From Candidatus Magasanikbacteria bacterium RIFOXYC2_FULL_42_28 (GTDB lineage Bacteria > Patescibacteriota > Patescibacteriia > Magasanikbacterales > GWA2-37-8), in NCBI GenBank assembly GCA_001784435.1, contig MFQZ01000001.1, positions 82,340-146,339 of the forward strand: a DNA stretch of 64,000 nt. Direction: 5' to 3'. Positions within the stretch are counted from its first letter, which is position 1. Every line of letters begins with the position of its first letter. The notes below the pieces were generated by a model. That model made no database searches, was not told where the DNA came from, and was given only the letters and a program-made list of their open reading frames with translations. This document shows positions 10,243 through 20,846 of the stretch, one piece after another. The position numbers and the translations under genes are program-made.

Positions 10243-11120
10243 ACTTTATTGATTGACTCCGGCCAATTAATTTTATTTCGGGAAAAAGTAATCATGGGAA
10301 TATTGCCATAATAAGCGGCCCAGCCCCCGAAAGTGCTATTGGAACCAATTATCAAATTCGACCCAGCCAAGGCGTACAGATCCTCAATTTCCGTACCTGG
10401 TCCCAGCCGGTAGTTTAGACCATTGAATTGCGTCTTGTCAATCGCTCCATCGGAACAAAGCACGAAACAGGTTTCGGCCGAAAAATATTTTGAATTACGC
10501 AAATAATCGTCTAAAATTACCCTGACCTCTTGTGAGGTAAAATAGTATTGTCCGCCTAGCCAGCTTTGATAATCGCCTTGTCTAATATGAACGCCTACAA
10601 TATTTTTATATTCACTACGCAGATTTTTGAGAAAATCATCAACCCGATTCTTATATTTTTCTCGGGGAGAAAAAGCCAGTATAATTTGCTGACGATATTT
10701 TGTTAAAGCAACCGGATTTCTAAACAACCAGCCACAAAAATAGAAATGCCCGCCTTGGGCGGCATCTATTTTTTTTATAGTAGTGGCGTGAGTTGTCGCC
10801 ACAATGACACTCGGCGGTAGTAGAAATTCCTCGCTTTCAGCTCTAACTACTAGAGCGGGGTTAAGTAATTTAACTATAGTAGAATAGATAAAATACAACG
10901 CTTTGGTAAACTTAACGCCAAAAACCTTTAATAATTTAAAAAACAAAAAATTTACAAATTTATTGCTAATTTTAAAATCAAAATATTCGGCGTACCTAAA
11001 AAACGAATAATTTTCACATTCATAGCCCCGAGATAAGCAGTAGCCGTAAATACTGGCAAAATTCCAAAGTTGATTTGCCAGCCGACCGCCGTTATTTTGC
11101 AGGATTATTATTTTTTTCAT
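10239..11120 (-). CDS. GT11-like glycosyltransferase (putative alpha-1,2-fucosyltransferase family)
   Basis: N-terminal GGRLANQLWNFASIYGY resembles GT11 motif I (GGLGNQMFQYA). VGVHIRQGDY resembles the GT11 HVRRGDY motif. Confidence 0.45.
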   Translation of the reverse strand: MKKIIILQNNGGRLANQLWNFASIYGYCLSRGYECENYSFFRYAEYFDFKISNKFVNFLFFKLLKVFGVKFTKALYFIYSTIVKLLNPALVVRAESEEFLLPPSVIVATTHATTIKKIDAAQGGHFYFCGWLFRNPVALTKYRQQIILAFSPREKYKNRVDDFLKNLRSEYKNIVGVHIRQGDYQSWLGGQYYFTSQEVRVILDDYLRNSKYFSAETCFVLCSDGAIDKTQFNGLNYRLGPGTEIEDLYALAGSNLIIGSNSTFGGWAAYYGNIPMITFSRNKINWPESINKV

Positions 11121-13413
11121 AATTTGTATTTAGCTCTACGCGCCCAATTATCCAACCAAAAGTTTTTGTTTCAAAACCGCGAGTGGGGTGTAAATTATAA
11201 ATTTTATACTCTAAATTCTGCTCAGAAATAAATTCGTATTTATCATCAAACGGCGAAAAAACGACGCCGGTAAAATTCGGCACTATGACAATGGTCCGAT
11301 CATTAACGCGCACATTTTCTCCGTAAGTAATGTCGGCCTTGTCCAGCAAACTTTTTATTGCTATATAATAATTATTATCTAATTTAGTAAGAGTGCAAAT
11401 TTTTTTACCGGATTGTTTTATTTCGTTTAACCAAATATTAAGTTCTAAAATGCCCTCCACCGACTGCGGCGAAAGCGACGTGCAGACCTGATCGTAGTCG
11501 CTAGAATTGGCATCCAAATAATCCAGCAATTTTGCGTCCGCCACACGGCTACCATAAAATCTAATTACATGAAAAGTTGACAAATACAAATTTCCGGCCA
11601 AAACAAGTGCGAGCAACCCCACCCAAAACTTTTTATTTTGGGAAAAATCAATTTTTGAAAATAATAAAATATAAAAAAACACCACCGGCACCGCCAAATA
11701 ACGGTCAGCTACCGATCCCCAGGGCAGATATATAGCAAAACTCGCTATGGACAACAAAATTAAAAAAACTACTCGCTGCTTATCCATTAAAAAATTAATC
11801 CCCTCTTTTCTTAGGTTAATGATAATACCTAGGAACGCAAAAACGACCAATAATATATTAAAATTCAGGATCTTTAAATAACCAAAGGATGTGCCAATCA
11901 AATTGCCCAAATTATAATCGCCAGCTACTGCGCCGGTTAATTTGGAATTTAAATAATAAATTAACAGCCAAACCAAGCTAACTAATAAATAACTAAAATT
12001 TAACAACTTGACTCCACGGCCGCTCCTTACCGCAAAGTCATACCCCAACAAAAGCGCGAATACTACTACGAGAAAAATATTCGTTTCCTTGGTTAAAAAT
12101 GATAATAGAAGGAAGAATGCCGACAGTAGCCAATACAACCAAACTTTTTTTTCTCCGAATTCTATAAATTTTAAAATTTTGTGATAAACAATAGTGAATG
12201 GTAGCAACAAAAGTACCGTAAGATGGTCTTGTGTTTCTAATTCGTAAAAATTAGTAATTATCGCACTAGAAGAGAGGATAAAAATTGTTCCCCAAATTGC
12301 CCTCGCGACGCTGGACATCGACTTTATAAGATAATAAGACAAAAACAGAATTATCACCAATTCTAAAAATCTTAAATAAATAAAACCAACCGCGGTAAAA
12401 TTAGCCAACTTGTATAGCGCTACGTAAAAAAACAAAGTAAACGGAATTAGCCGACCGCTGTGAGCCATAACCATCCCCCGCCAATCAAATAAACTTAACT
12501 TGTGCGCTTGGTTAAGATACCACGGATCGTCTAACAAACTAAAATTGGGATACAACAAATATGGCAAATAGGCCAGTGCGGCTAAAATAATTATTAATAA
12601 TAACGACAAATATTCTTTTCGCTTATTAAAACCGCCCTCCGAAAGCTTGGTTTGCTTTTGGTCCAAATCGCGATGTGCCCAATATATTCTACCTAGATCC
12701 CAAAGAGATTTAATGGCCTCCCTGCCGGCGTTAACACGTGAATCATCATCATTAATCCAACGCACGCCTATTTCGTTAACGCGGTAACCAAATTTTTTTG
12801 CCAAAAATAATACTTCAGTATCAAAAATCCAGCCGTTGATAAATGTCCTGGAAAAAATATCAGCAATCGCGGCGCGCGAAAATATCTTAAAGCCACAGCC
12901 AAAATCCTTAATTTTTAAGCCCGTGACAACCCTGGCTAAACCCGCGTAAATCTCCCCCATTTTTTGGCGATACCACGGTTGTTTTTTAATCAATACTGCC
13001 GTCTGGCCCTTTCGACTACCAATTATTATCGGCTCGCCGCGCATAATTAGCGGGTAACTCAAATTTAATTCGTCAAAAGAGGTGGACATATCGGCATCAA
13101 TCATCAAACAATAGTCACCCGTTGATTTTAGCATCCCCTGCCTGACCGCATAACCCTTGCCTTTATTATCATCGTAACTTATTAATCGGGCCACGCCTAC
13201 TTTGTTTTTTATATATTGCTCTATTAACACCGGGGTATCGTCCTGGCTCCCGTCATTAACAAAAATAATTTCCAAGTTATAATTTTGACTTTCACGCGCG
13301 ACAAAATCATCGACCGCGCGAAAGGTTGTTTGAATCCGCTCTTGCTCATTATAAACCGGAATAACTATGCTCAAATTTATTTTGACTTTTTGTCCGCCAC
13401 TATTTAACGACAT
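11092..13413 (-). CDS. fusion protein: DPM1/GtrB-like GT2 (polyprenyl-phosphate glycosyltransferase) N-domain + large polytopic membrane domain (GT-C-like) + C-terminal soluble domain
   Basis: Residues 1-250: LSIVIPVYNEQERIQ...IIFVNDGSQDDT...MIDADMS is a GT2 Dpm1-like fold. A cluster of ~10-12 hydrophobic helices follows (aa ~280-600). Then a hydrophilic ~170-aa tail. Confidence 0.55.
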   Translation of the reverse strand: MSLNSGGQKVKINLSIVIPVYNEQERIQTTFRAVDDFVARESQNYNLEIIFVNDGSQDDTPVLIEQYIKNKVGVARLISYDDNKGKGYAVRQGMLKSTGDYCLMIDADMSTSFDELNLSYPLIMRGEPIIIGSRKGQTAVLIKKQPWYRQKMGEIYAGLARVVTGLKIKDFGCGFKIFSRAAIADIFSRTFINGWIFDTEVLFLAKKFGYRVNEIGVRWINDDDSRVNAGREAIKSLWDLGRIYWAHRDLDQKQTKLSEGGFNKRKEYLSLLLIIILAALAYLPYLLYPNFSLLDDPWYLNQAHKLSLFDWRGMVMAHSGRLIPFTLFFYVALYKLANFTAVGFIYLRFLELVIILFLSYYLIKSMSSVARAIWGTIFILSSSAIITNFYELETQDHLTVLLLLPFTIVYHKILKFIEFGEKKVWLYWLLSAFFLLLSFLTKETNIFLVVVFALLLGYDFAVRSGRGVKLLNFSYLLVSLVWLLIYYLNSKLTGAVAGDYNLGNLIGTSFGYLKILNFNILLVVFAFLGIIINLRKEGINFLMDKQRVVFLILLSIASFAIYLPWGSVADRYLAVPVVFFYILLFSKIDFSQNKKFWVGLLALVLAGNLYLSTFHVIRFYGSRVADAKLLDYLDANSSDYDQVCTSLSPQSVEGILELNIWLNEIKQSGKKICTLTKLDNNYYIAIKSLLDKADITYGENVRVNDRTIVIVPNFTGVVFSPFDDKYEFISEQNLEYKIYNLHPTRGFETKTFGWIIGRVELNTNYEKNNNPAK

Positions 13414-15307
13414 ATATCAAACGTTCATTTTCATTATAAATAACTTCACCAATTTCCGGCATTAAATCGGAAAGTTTGATAATTTTTACGACCACCCTAT
13501 CGCGAAAATCGTTGGCCGAAGAATTATCACTATTATACCATTCTTTCATTAATTTATCCTGGGATGATTGACTAAAATCAATTATAAAATTTACCTCACT
13601 ATCTTTCAAAAATTTTTTGAAGCTGTCCGCGTCCAGCACATCCCTATCTTTTATATAATCATGCAAAGAAATAAAAACATTGCCATTATCAAGAAAAAAA
13701 TTGGTATCATCGCTCCATAACGGCAAAAATTTGGTACTATTGTAATTTTTATTAATGTATTCGCTTAAATAATAAATTCCTCCCATCCCTCTTTCGGAAT
13801 AAAACTGTCCTTTACCGGTAAGCCCAGCGACATAAGATAACTCGGCTTTTTTAACTTTAAAAAAATATCCTTCTTTGGCGCTAAATAGTACGCCCGCACC
13901 GGCAAGTATTATAATGATAAACAGCGCTCGTACAATTTTATTATCAAAAAATCTTTGATAATTATAATAAATTTTGCTCATTATATAACCAAAACAAATC
14001 ATTAGCGTGAGCAATCCGATCATAACGAACCTCTTTTGGTGGGAGATAAAAAAGAACCAAATAGCGAAATACCCTAAAACAAACATCAGGATATACCTAA
14101 ACATTTTATCTTTTCTAACCCACAAAAAACTCAATGGCAAAAGCAAAAAGGCCAACAAACTGGTGAGATAGTATTTGTCTTTAAAAAAAATAAAGGGAAA
14201 TAGTAAAAAATTTTTCAAAGTTCTTGGTCGAAATTCCTTAATTGCTATATTAGCAGTTTCAATTTGTTCATTGGAAAAACCGGGATGAGCAAAAATAAAG
14301 GGGTAAAAAGGATTTCCAAAAAGTATTAAATTTTTAATATACCAAAAACCCGAAAATAAAAGAGCGGGGATGGCAAAATATAAAAGATCTTTCAAAATAC
14401 TTTTTATATTCTTCTCGCTTGTAAACGATGTAAAAATTATAAAAGGTAAAATTAAAAGCAGGGCATACAAAGAAAGATATTTTATTGATAACGCCAAACC
14501 ATAAAGAATCCCGGCTCCCACCAACAAACTTCTATCTTTGCTCTTAGACCACATTATTACCAAAACTATGCTCGCAACTTGATAGGCAACCATACCGGCA
14601 TCAATATAGGCACTGGTTGCGTTAACAAAAATTTCATACAAAGAAAAAATAAAAATAATTAAAAATTGGGCGCTTAATTTACCAAACTGTTCTCTGGCAA
14701 AATAGTAAATAACTAACAAACCAGCCAATAATAATTGATAGTGGACTAAATTTATTAAAACATAATCGGACAAAATATATAACAACGAATACAGCGACTC
14801 TAAGAGAACTGGTGACGTCCCGTATAAATTTCCAGCCGTGCTGATGCCCACAATACCATTCTGTGATATCGCTATGGCTTCAGGAATATGGTAAGCAATG
14901 GCATCCGTCCGATGTGGCGGGATTAGAGCCGAGGTTAGATAAAAAAGAAAGAATAAAATAACAACAATAAAAAATAAAAGTTCTTTGGTGTCTAAGCTCT
15001 TCCATCCGACTACCGTGGATTTTATTTTTTTAAAAAGAGATACTACACTATCTCGGCTTAAAATTAAAATGGGGGCGGCCAAAATTAAAAAGGATGCCCT
15101 GTTAAGCGGAACAAAAAACGTCCAAATAACTGATAAATACCCCAGAATACCATAACCGAACAGAACAGGAACCCCAACTGACAATAAATTAATATTTTTA
15201 ACAACTTTAATTTTTTTAAACACAAAAAACCCTATACAATAAGCAACTACCAAGGTAAATAATGAGTATGCAAGCGGGATAAACAAATCTTGAAAAAAAT
15301 GTCCCAT
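13400..15307 (-). CDS. polytopic membrane protein, GT-C-type glycosyltransferase (ArnT/PMT-like)
   Basis: 635 aa with >10 predicted TM helices and a C-terminal soluble domain. The architecture is typical of COG1807-like GT-C enzymes. The family assignment is inferred from topology only. Confidence 0.45.
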   Translation of the reverse strand: MGHFFQDLFIPLAYSLFTLVVAYCIGFFVFKKIKVVKNINLLSVGVPVLFGYGILGYLSVIWTFFVPLNRASFLILAAPILILSRDSVVSLFKKIKSTVVGWKSLDTKELLFFIVVILFFLFYLTSALIPPHRTDAIAYHIPEAIAISQNGIVGISTAGNLYGTSPVLLESLYSLLYILSDYVLINLVHYQLLLAGLLVIYYFAREQFGKLSAQFLIIFIFSLYEIFVNATSAYIDAGMVAYQVASIVLVIMWSKSKDRSLLVGAGILYGLALSIKYLSLYALLLILPFIIFTSFTSEKNIKSILKDLLYFAIPALLFSGFWYIKNLILFGNPFYPFIFAHPGFSNEQIETANIAIKEFRPRTLKNFLLFPFIFFKDKYYLTSLLAFLLLPLSFLWVRKDKMFRYILMFVLGYFAIWFFFISHQKRFVMIGLLTLMICFGYIMSKIYYNYQRFFDNKIVRALFIIIILAGAGVLFSAKEGYFFKVKKAELSYVAGLTGKGQFYSERGMGGIYYLSEYINKNYNSTKFLPLWSDDTNFFLDNGNVFISLHDYIKDRDVLDADSFKKFLKDSEVNFIIDFSQSSQDKLMKEWYNSDNSSANDFRDRVVVKIIKLSDLMPEIGEVIYNENERLIYVVK

Positions 15308-15313
15308 ATTTTG

Positions 15314-16006
15314 CTAACCTAAAACATTGAATTTAATTATTGACCATATCGCCGAAAAACCATCTTTCCAGCTAATTTTTTTGCCTTCCGCGTATGTTCG
15401 CCCGCTATAAGACACTCCCACCTCATAAATACGAAATCTTTTAACTCTGGCGGTAATCTCCGGCTCAATGCCAAAACGGCAAGAAACGAGCTTGTCTTTA
15501 ATGGAAACAACAACTTTACGATTCATTAACTTATAACAAGTCTCCATATCGGTTAGATTGAGATTGGTAAACAAGTTAGAAAGGACAGTTAAAAACTGAT
15601 TTCCCAAATAATGCCAGTAATACAACACGCGATGCGCACCAGTTCCCAAAAATCTAGAGCCATACACTACGTCCGCCTTGCCGTCTAAAATCGGTTTTAA
15701 CAACAAATTGTATTCTTCCGGGTCATATTCCATGTCCGCGTCTTGAATTATGGCATAATCACCCGTGGCTTCCTTAAATCCGGTTATCACTGCCCCGCCC
15801 TTGCCTTTGTTGCTTTGATGGAAAATCGCTTTTACACCATCCAAACCACTTACGATTTCTCGTGTGCCGTCCGTGGAACCGTCATCAACGATAATAATTT
15901 CTTTATTAATATTATTGACCAAATTAACCGCCTTAATTTTGGCGACGATTGCTTGAATGGTATTTTTTTCGTTATAGGCAGGAATGATAATAGAGAGGGT
16001 TGACAT
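15314..16006 (-). CDS. GT2 polyprenyl-phosphate sugar synthase (Dpm1/GtrB-like)
   Basis: [21 protein letters not shown]...[12 protein letters not shown]...[10 protein letters not shown]. Size 230 aa. Confidence 0.7.
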   Translation of the reverse strand: MSTLSIIIPAYNEKNTIQAIVAKIKAVNLVNNINKEIIIVDDGSTDGTREIVSGLDGVKAIFHQSNKGKGGAVITGFKEATGDYAIIQDADMEYDPEEYNLLLKPILDGKADVVYGSRFLGTGAHRVLYYWHYLGNQFLTVLSNLFTNLNLTDMETCYKLMNRKVVVSIKDKLVSCRFGIEPEITARVKRFRIYEVGVSYSGRTYAEGKKISWKDGFSAIWSIIKFNVLG

Positions 16007-16008
16007 AA

Positions 16009-16944
16009 CTATTTAGATAAAACTTTTTTATAAATATTTCTTACAAAATTAAATAAACCAACTTTTCTTAAACTCAACACAATAATCAAAAAAATAAAAT
16101 CTTTTATCTTTAATAAATACTTAATGTACACCTTTAGGGAAAAATTAGGCGGCAAATACTGCTTATTGAATTTGACTATGTAATTATAGTGGTGCCGCCA
16201 CAAACTACCCGCGTAAAAAAAGTTACGGATTGGGTTTTTGCGCACCCAGGAGGCGTTGTCGGCTCGGAACATTACTAGCGGCTCATCAATAACGAGCGTG
16301 GAAAAATCAATCTCTGAATAAAAAACTAAAGATGGTAACGGAAACATGTCTAAAGGCTTATTAAAAACATCAAATAAATGTTTGGTTTTGTCGTAATAAT
16401 TTTTCTTTAAAATCCAGTTTGAACAATACGTGGTGTAATAATCAATGTCATAGTAAAATTTATTGTTTAAATAGCGCCATAAATCCGCACGAGATTTTAG
16501 AACTATATCGCCACTCTCTTTAAATAAATTAGTTTGCAAAACGCGGTTATTCTCGACAAAACTGTCTATATTTAGCAACACTAAATCTGGTTGCTTTGCA
16601 CTTAATTTATTCATTATTTTTTTAAGCGAATCCGACTTCATCAAATCGTCATCCGAAAAGATCCATACATACTCCCCCGTTCCCAAAGTTGCGGCGTTAA
16701 CAATGCCGGACGCAATTTTTCTCGGCTCTGAATCTTTAACATAAAAGATGTTTGGATACCGTTGGCTAAAACTTTTAACAATCAACTCGGTATTATCAAT
16801 GCTTAAATTATCTAATATTTTTACCTCCACCTGCGAAGTTACGCTTGGATCGCTAAATTGCTTGGCAATACTAAGCAAGCACTCATTTAAATAGCTGGCG
16901 CGATTGAAGGTCGGAATACAGATGCTAATCACCGGCTTAGTCAT
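16009..16944 (-). CDS. glycosyltransferase family 2
   Basis: [26 protein letters not shown]-terminal GT2 motif. DDD at aa ~100. Confidence 0.6.
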   Translation of the reverse strand: MTKPVISICIPTFNRASYLNECLLSIAKQFSDPSVTSQVEVKILDNLSIDNTELIVKSFSQRYPNIFYVKDSEPRKIASGIVNAATLGTGEYVWIFSDDDLMKSDSLKKIMNKLSAKQPDLVLLNIDSFVENNRVLQTNLFKESGDIVLKSRADLWRYLNNKFYYDIDYYTTYCSNWILKKNYYDKTKHLFDVFNKPLDMFPLPSLVFYSEIDFSTLVIDEPLVMFRADNASWVRKNPIRNFFYAGSLWRHHYNYIVKFNKQYLPPNFSLKVYIKYLLKIKDFIFLIIVLSLRKVGLFNFVRNIYKKVLSK

Positions 16945-17866
16945 AATATTGTTTTTGCAAGTCAGCGATTATTAAACTTATCATTTTATTAAAACTGGTT
17001 TTTGGCTTCCAGCCAGTGGCTTTGTGCAGTTTGCTGTAATCACCGACTAAAACCGCTTTTTGGCGCGTTAAAATATTTTTATTTTCTACCACGTATTTTG
17101 TCCAATCTAAGTTTAATTGTTTGAATGTTTCCTTTACGAATTGCCTAACAGTATGCTTTTTCCCGGTTGCTACAACAAAATCATCAGCTTTTTTACAGTT
17201 TAAAATTCGCCAAAAAGCTTCTACAAAATCTGGCGCGTAGCCCCAATCTACCGCTGCGGATAAATTTCCAACTTCCAACTTTTTTGCTTTGTTGGCTTTT
17301 ATCGCTAGTGCTGTTTTAATAATTTTTAGAGTAATAAATTTATCAGAGCGATACGCAGATTCGTGGTTAAATAAAATACCTACTGATGCGAAAATATTAT
17401 TTTGGTTGCGGTAAAATTTACATAAATTTAAGCCCTCCAGCTTAGTGCCACCGTATATGGTATTTGGATTAAATGGTGAGATTTCGGTTTGGCGTTCAGT
17501 TTTGGCACGTCCAAATAATAGACTAGAGGCCGCGTAAAATAATTTAGTTTTTGGAAAATATAATCTTATGCCCTCTAAAAAATAGAGTAAACCAAGCACA
17601 TTAACCTCATAACTTCTTTTTACCAAAACCTCATCTTTAATTGGTCTGTCTTGAGAGGAATGGTGAAAGGCGGCTAAATAATAAACTTCGGCAGGCTTAT
17701 TTTTTTTAATTAATTTATAAACTTGCGCTTTATTTAATAAATTAAAATTATCTTTATCCAAACCAATAACCTGGTAATTTTTATTTCGTAAAAAATTATG
17801 CAAAATCCGGCCATCTTGGCCGCTTGCTCCAGTAATAATTGCTAATTTTTGGTTAATTCTGACCAT
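16937..17866 (-). CDS. GDP-mannose-4,6-dehydratase-family SDR paralog (possible 4-reductase/Rmd-like)
   Basis: ITGASGQDG N-terminus. Gmd-like block LFNHES...L.VGNLSAAVDWGYAPDFVEAFW...DDFVVATGK. The ASTSE catalytic Glu position is ASSLL here, so dehydratase activity is doubtful. Confidence 0.5.
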   Translation of the reverse strand: MVRINQKLAIITGASGQDGRILHNFLRNKNYQVIGLDKDNFNLLNKAQVYKLIKKNKPAEVYYLAAFHHSSQDRPIKDEVLVKRSYEVNVLGLLYFLEGIRLYFPKTKLFYAASSLLFGRAKTERQTEISPFNPNTIYGGTKLEGLNLCKFYRNQNNIFASVGILFNHESAYRSDKFITLKIIKTALAIKANKAKKLEVGNLSAAVDWGYAPDFVEAFWRILNCKKADDFVVATGKKHTVRQFVKETFKQLNLDWTKYVVENKNILTRQKAVLVGDYSKLHKATGWKPKTSFNKMISLIIADLQKQYYD

Positions 17867-17868
17867 AT

Positions 17869-19116
17869 CTAGATTATTTCCGGTTTTGGTAATGGAAAAA
17901 ATAAATGCCCACCATTGGCTAAATAATTCTTTTCACGATTAATTATATTAATCCGAAAGTGCCAAGGCAAAACCAAAAAATAATCTGGCTTTAACTCTTT
18001 GGCCTGTTTTTCGGAAATAATTGGTATATTGGCGCCTGGTGTTAAGCGCCCGAATTTATATTCATTTACTTCGGCGATACAGGGCAAATCCTTAATAGTT
18101 AAGCCGCAAAATTGTAAAATAACATTGCCCTTGGTAGAGGCACCATAGCCAAAAATTTTTTTGCCGGAACTGTTTATCTCGGCAATCATTTGTTTTAAAT
18201 TGTCGCGATGGTTTAAAATATTTTTAACAAAATCTTCATATATCTTGTCGGACCAAAACCCGGCGCTCTCTTCATCTTGAATAATTTTATTTATCACTTC
18301 TTCTTTTGTTGCAAAAACAGACTGGTTTTTAGCGGCTACTACGCGAAAACTGCCACCATTGGCATCGGAAAAAATAACATCAATAATTTTTAAGCCCGCC
18401 CGCTCTGCCATCCATTTAATTTGCCGCATGGCATAATACTCCAAGTGTTCGTGGCAAATTGTGTCGTAAGACACCAGCTTGATCATGGACGGCATGTAAC
18501 TTTGTTCAAATATCCATACACCTTCATCGTCTAACGTCCCTTCTATTTGTTTCATAAAATCTACGGGGTGTTCCAAATCATAAAACATGGCAATAGAGGT
18601 AATAATTTTAGCTTTTTTGGAAGTTAGTTGCTTAATATTAGCGGCCGAAAAAAAATCCGGAATGGCTGTAATGTTTTCAGAATAATATTTTCCGAATTTT
18701 TTTATCGTAGGGTCGATACCAATCAAATCTAGCCCCAAACTTACGGGGTATGAACGGAGTAATGTGCCGTCATTACTGGCAATATCAATTACCAGATCCC
18801 CTGCTTTAGGCCTCACCAACTCCAGCGCCTGCGCTGATATTTTGCCCAAATGATCAACCATGGACGAATTGAGGCCAGAGCGGTAACCATAATTATCACC
18901 ATAGAGCTTGACTAAGTCATAATTGTGTTTTAACTGGACCAGCCCGCAAGCCTCACTGGCACTACCGGCGCATCGCACCATTTCCAGAGGCCCGCTCTCT
19001 ACCTTTTCTCCCACGCCGGGAAAAACACCCGTTAAAGATAAATTTCCTAAATTAATAATAGGCAATAAATTTGTATTACCACAGATCCGACACTGTTTAA
19101 TTTCAGTATATAACAT
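17869..19116 (-). CDS. NDP-hexose C-methyltransferase (TylC3/EvaC-like; Zn-ribbon + Methyltransf_13/14)
   Basis: N-terminal CRICGNTNLLPIINLGNLSLTGVF Zn-binding motif characteristic of sugar C-methyltransferases. 415 aa. Confidence 0.65.
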   Translation of the reverse strand: MLYTEIKQCRICGNTNLLPIINLGNLSLTGVFPGVGEKVESGPLEMVRCAGSASEACGLVQLKHNYDLVKLYGDNYGYRSGLNSSMVDHLGKISAQALELVRPKAGDLVIDIASNDGTLLRSYPVSLGLDLIGIDPTIKKFGKYYSENITAIPDFFSAANIKQLTSKKAKIITSIAMFYDLEHPVDFMKQIEGTLDDEGVWIFEQSYMPSMIKLVSYDTICHEHLEYYAMRQIKWMAERAGLKIIDVIFSDANGGSFRVVAAKNQSVFATKEEVINKIIQDEESAGFWSDKIYEDFVKNILNHRDNLKQMIAEINSSGKKIFGYGASTKGNVILQFCGLTIKDLPCIAEVNEYKFGRLTPGANIPIISEKQAKELKPDYFLVLPWHFRINIINREKNYLANGGHLFFPLPKPEII

Positions 19117-19117
19117 A

Positions 19118-19939
19118 TTACTGGTTCTTTCTTAAAATTAATGAGACGTTCCCTAAATTTTTTGATTTGTCAAACCAGGCTGATTCATTTTCCAATAAAC
19201 AAAAACCGTAATAAAAATTCAAAAAAGCCATTCTAAATTTTTCTAAATATTTATTCTTCAAACGATTCCGCATTATTCTCGTCATTTCATTATAACTGCC
19301 GTCATGACGCTCCCAATAAATGTCTTTTGACACCACTGACGCACCATTAATTTGGCCTAACAAATTATTTAGCGCTTGCTCATCAAAACGATATTGAAAA
19401 AAAGTTTTTTTATTCATTTTATGCTGGTGCGAATATATATCTTGTTCGAGCCACTCTTCTTGATATTTATTTGATACCGGAAATGAAAGATAAATCACTC
19501 CTCCCGGCTTACAGACCCTTATCATCTCGGCAATTGCCTTATTGTACGCGTTGTAAATATGTTCAATAACGCTAATGGAATATACTAAATCAAATGTACT
19601 GTCGCTAAAAGTTAAATTTGTACCATCTTCTAATTTAAATTCAAAATTATTATTTGACTTAATATATAAATTTTCCGCCGGATTAATGTCGGTTTTTGTT
19701 ACTTTATTATTTTTGGATAATAAGTAAGCCATTATAAATGGCGAAGAAATATCCAGTGCCGAGCTATTTAGCGGAATAGGATTGGTTTTAAGGTATTTTA
19801 GCAAATAAGTAAATTCAGTATAACGAGTGCTGTCTATGGGGTTAATTAATGCCCCAAAAATATGGCGAAAATACAAATTCTGTAGACAAGAATACACATT
19901 AAAAATTAACTTTAATTTATTTAAAACAGTTATTTTCAT
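19118..19939 (-). CDS. class I SAM-dependent methyltransferase (Methyltransf_11-like)
   Basis: SALDISSPF...DSTFDLVYSISVIEHI...MIRVCKPGGVIYLSFP follows the Methyltransf_11 pattern. Confidence 0.55.
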   Translation of the reverse strand: MKITVLNKLKLIFNVYSCLQNLYFRHIFGALINPIDSTRYTEFTYLLKYLKTNPIPLNSSALDISSPFIMAYLLSKNNKVTKTDINPAENLYIKSNNNFEFKLEDGTNLTFSDSTFDLVYSISVIEHIYNAYNKAIAEMIRVCKPGGVIYLSFPVSNKYQEEWLEQDIYSHQHKMNKKTFFQYRFDEQALNNLLGQINGASVVSKDIYWERHDGSYNEMTRIMRNRLKNKYLEKFRMAFLNFYYGFCLLENESAWFDKSKNLGNVSLILRKNQ

Positions 19940-20844
19940 CTTAGTAAAGATTTAATTTTATTAGTCAGCCGCTTAGTAAAGCCACGGTTCAATTCCTTGT
20001 TCATTTCTTTATATATAACATTCTCAAACTCACTAACTGCCAAACTATTTGGAAACTCAAATGTTAAATTAGTATTCTCAAAATTTGGCTGTTGGACTGG
20101 CCTTCCCTCTGGCTCGCAATTGGTACCACTGCCATCAAAACCGTCATTAAAAACAAAAGTTTTTGTTGGATGAACCGCCAATCCTTCATTTATAAACACA
20201 CTCAAATACCACAATATTCCCCAGGTATCTATTTTACCCAATACCTGGCTGGTTAAAAGCCCAAAATAATCATAACTATCGTTTAAATTAAATCTAAACC
20301 TCATTTTTTTGTCGCCTTTTAAATTTTCATATCCCCTTGGCATAACGCTAAACAAATTCCAAGCGCGTTTCCACGTCCCCCAACCCCAACCAGTTACAAA
20401 TGGCAGTATAAGCGCATCGTCGACAATGTTTAATTTAACATTATACATATAGCCAGATATTTGCATAATTTGATGATCATTCTGATATTTGTCTAAACCT
20501 GCGTTCATATAATTTAGAAAATTGGGCGCTACTACTAAATCATCCTCCAACACAACTACTTTATCGTATTGGTTAACTGTTTCTGTCACACCTTTAATAA
20601 TTGACTTTGATAATCCTACATTATTTTCACTCTCCACTATCATCACTTCTTTAAAACCAATTATTGTTTTCAAATAATTCCGCACCGCCACGACATCGTT
20701 TCTGACGCCCTCATTTTTTGGTCCGTCCGAATAAATAATTAATAAACTGTCTTTGGCTAAATTATTCCCAAGCAAAGATTCCACCATTTTTTGAGTATGT
20801 TTGGGGCGATTATAGACAAATAATACAATCGGCGCTAAATCCAT
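19936..20844 (-). CDS. GnT-I-like (GT13-like / HlpA-like) glycosyltransferase
   Basis: PIVLFVYNRPKHTQKMVESLL N-terminus. Paralog of ORF 8505-9464. Confidence 0.4.
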   Translation of the reverse strand: MDLAPIVLFVYNRPKHTQKMVESLLGNNLAKDSLLIIYSDGPKNEGVRNDVVAVRNYLKTIIGFKEVMIVESENNVGLSKSIIKGVTETVNQYDKVVVLEDDLVVAPNFLNYMNAGLDKYQNDHQIMQISGYMYNVKLNIVDDALILPFVTGWGWGTWKRAWNLFSVMPRGYENLKGDKKMRFRFNLNDSYDYFGLLTSQVLGKIDTWGILWYLSVFINEGLAVHPTKTFVFNDGFDGSGTNCEPEGRPVQQPNFENTNLTFEFPNSLAVSEFENVIYKEMNKELNRGFTKRLTNKIKSLLR

Positions 20845-20846
20845 AT

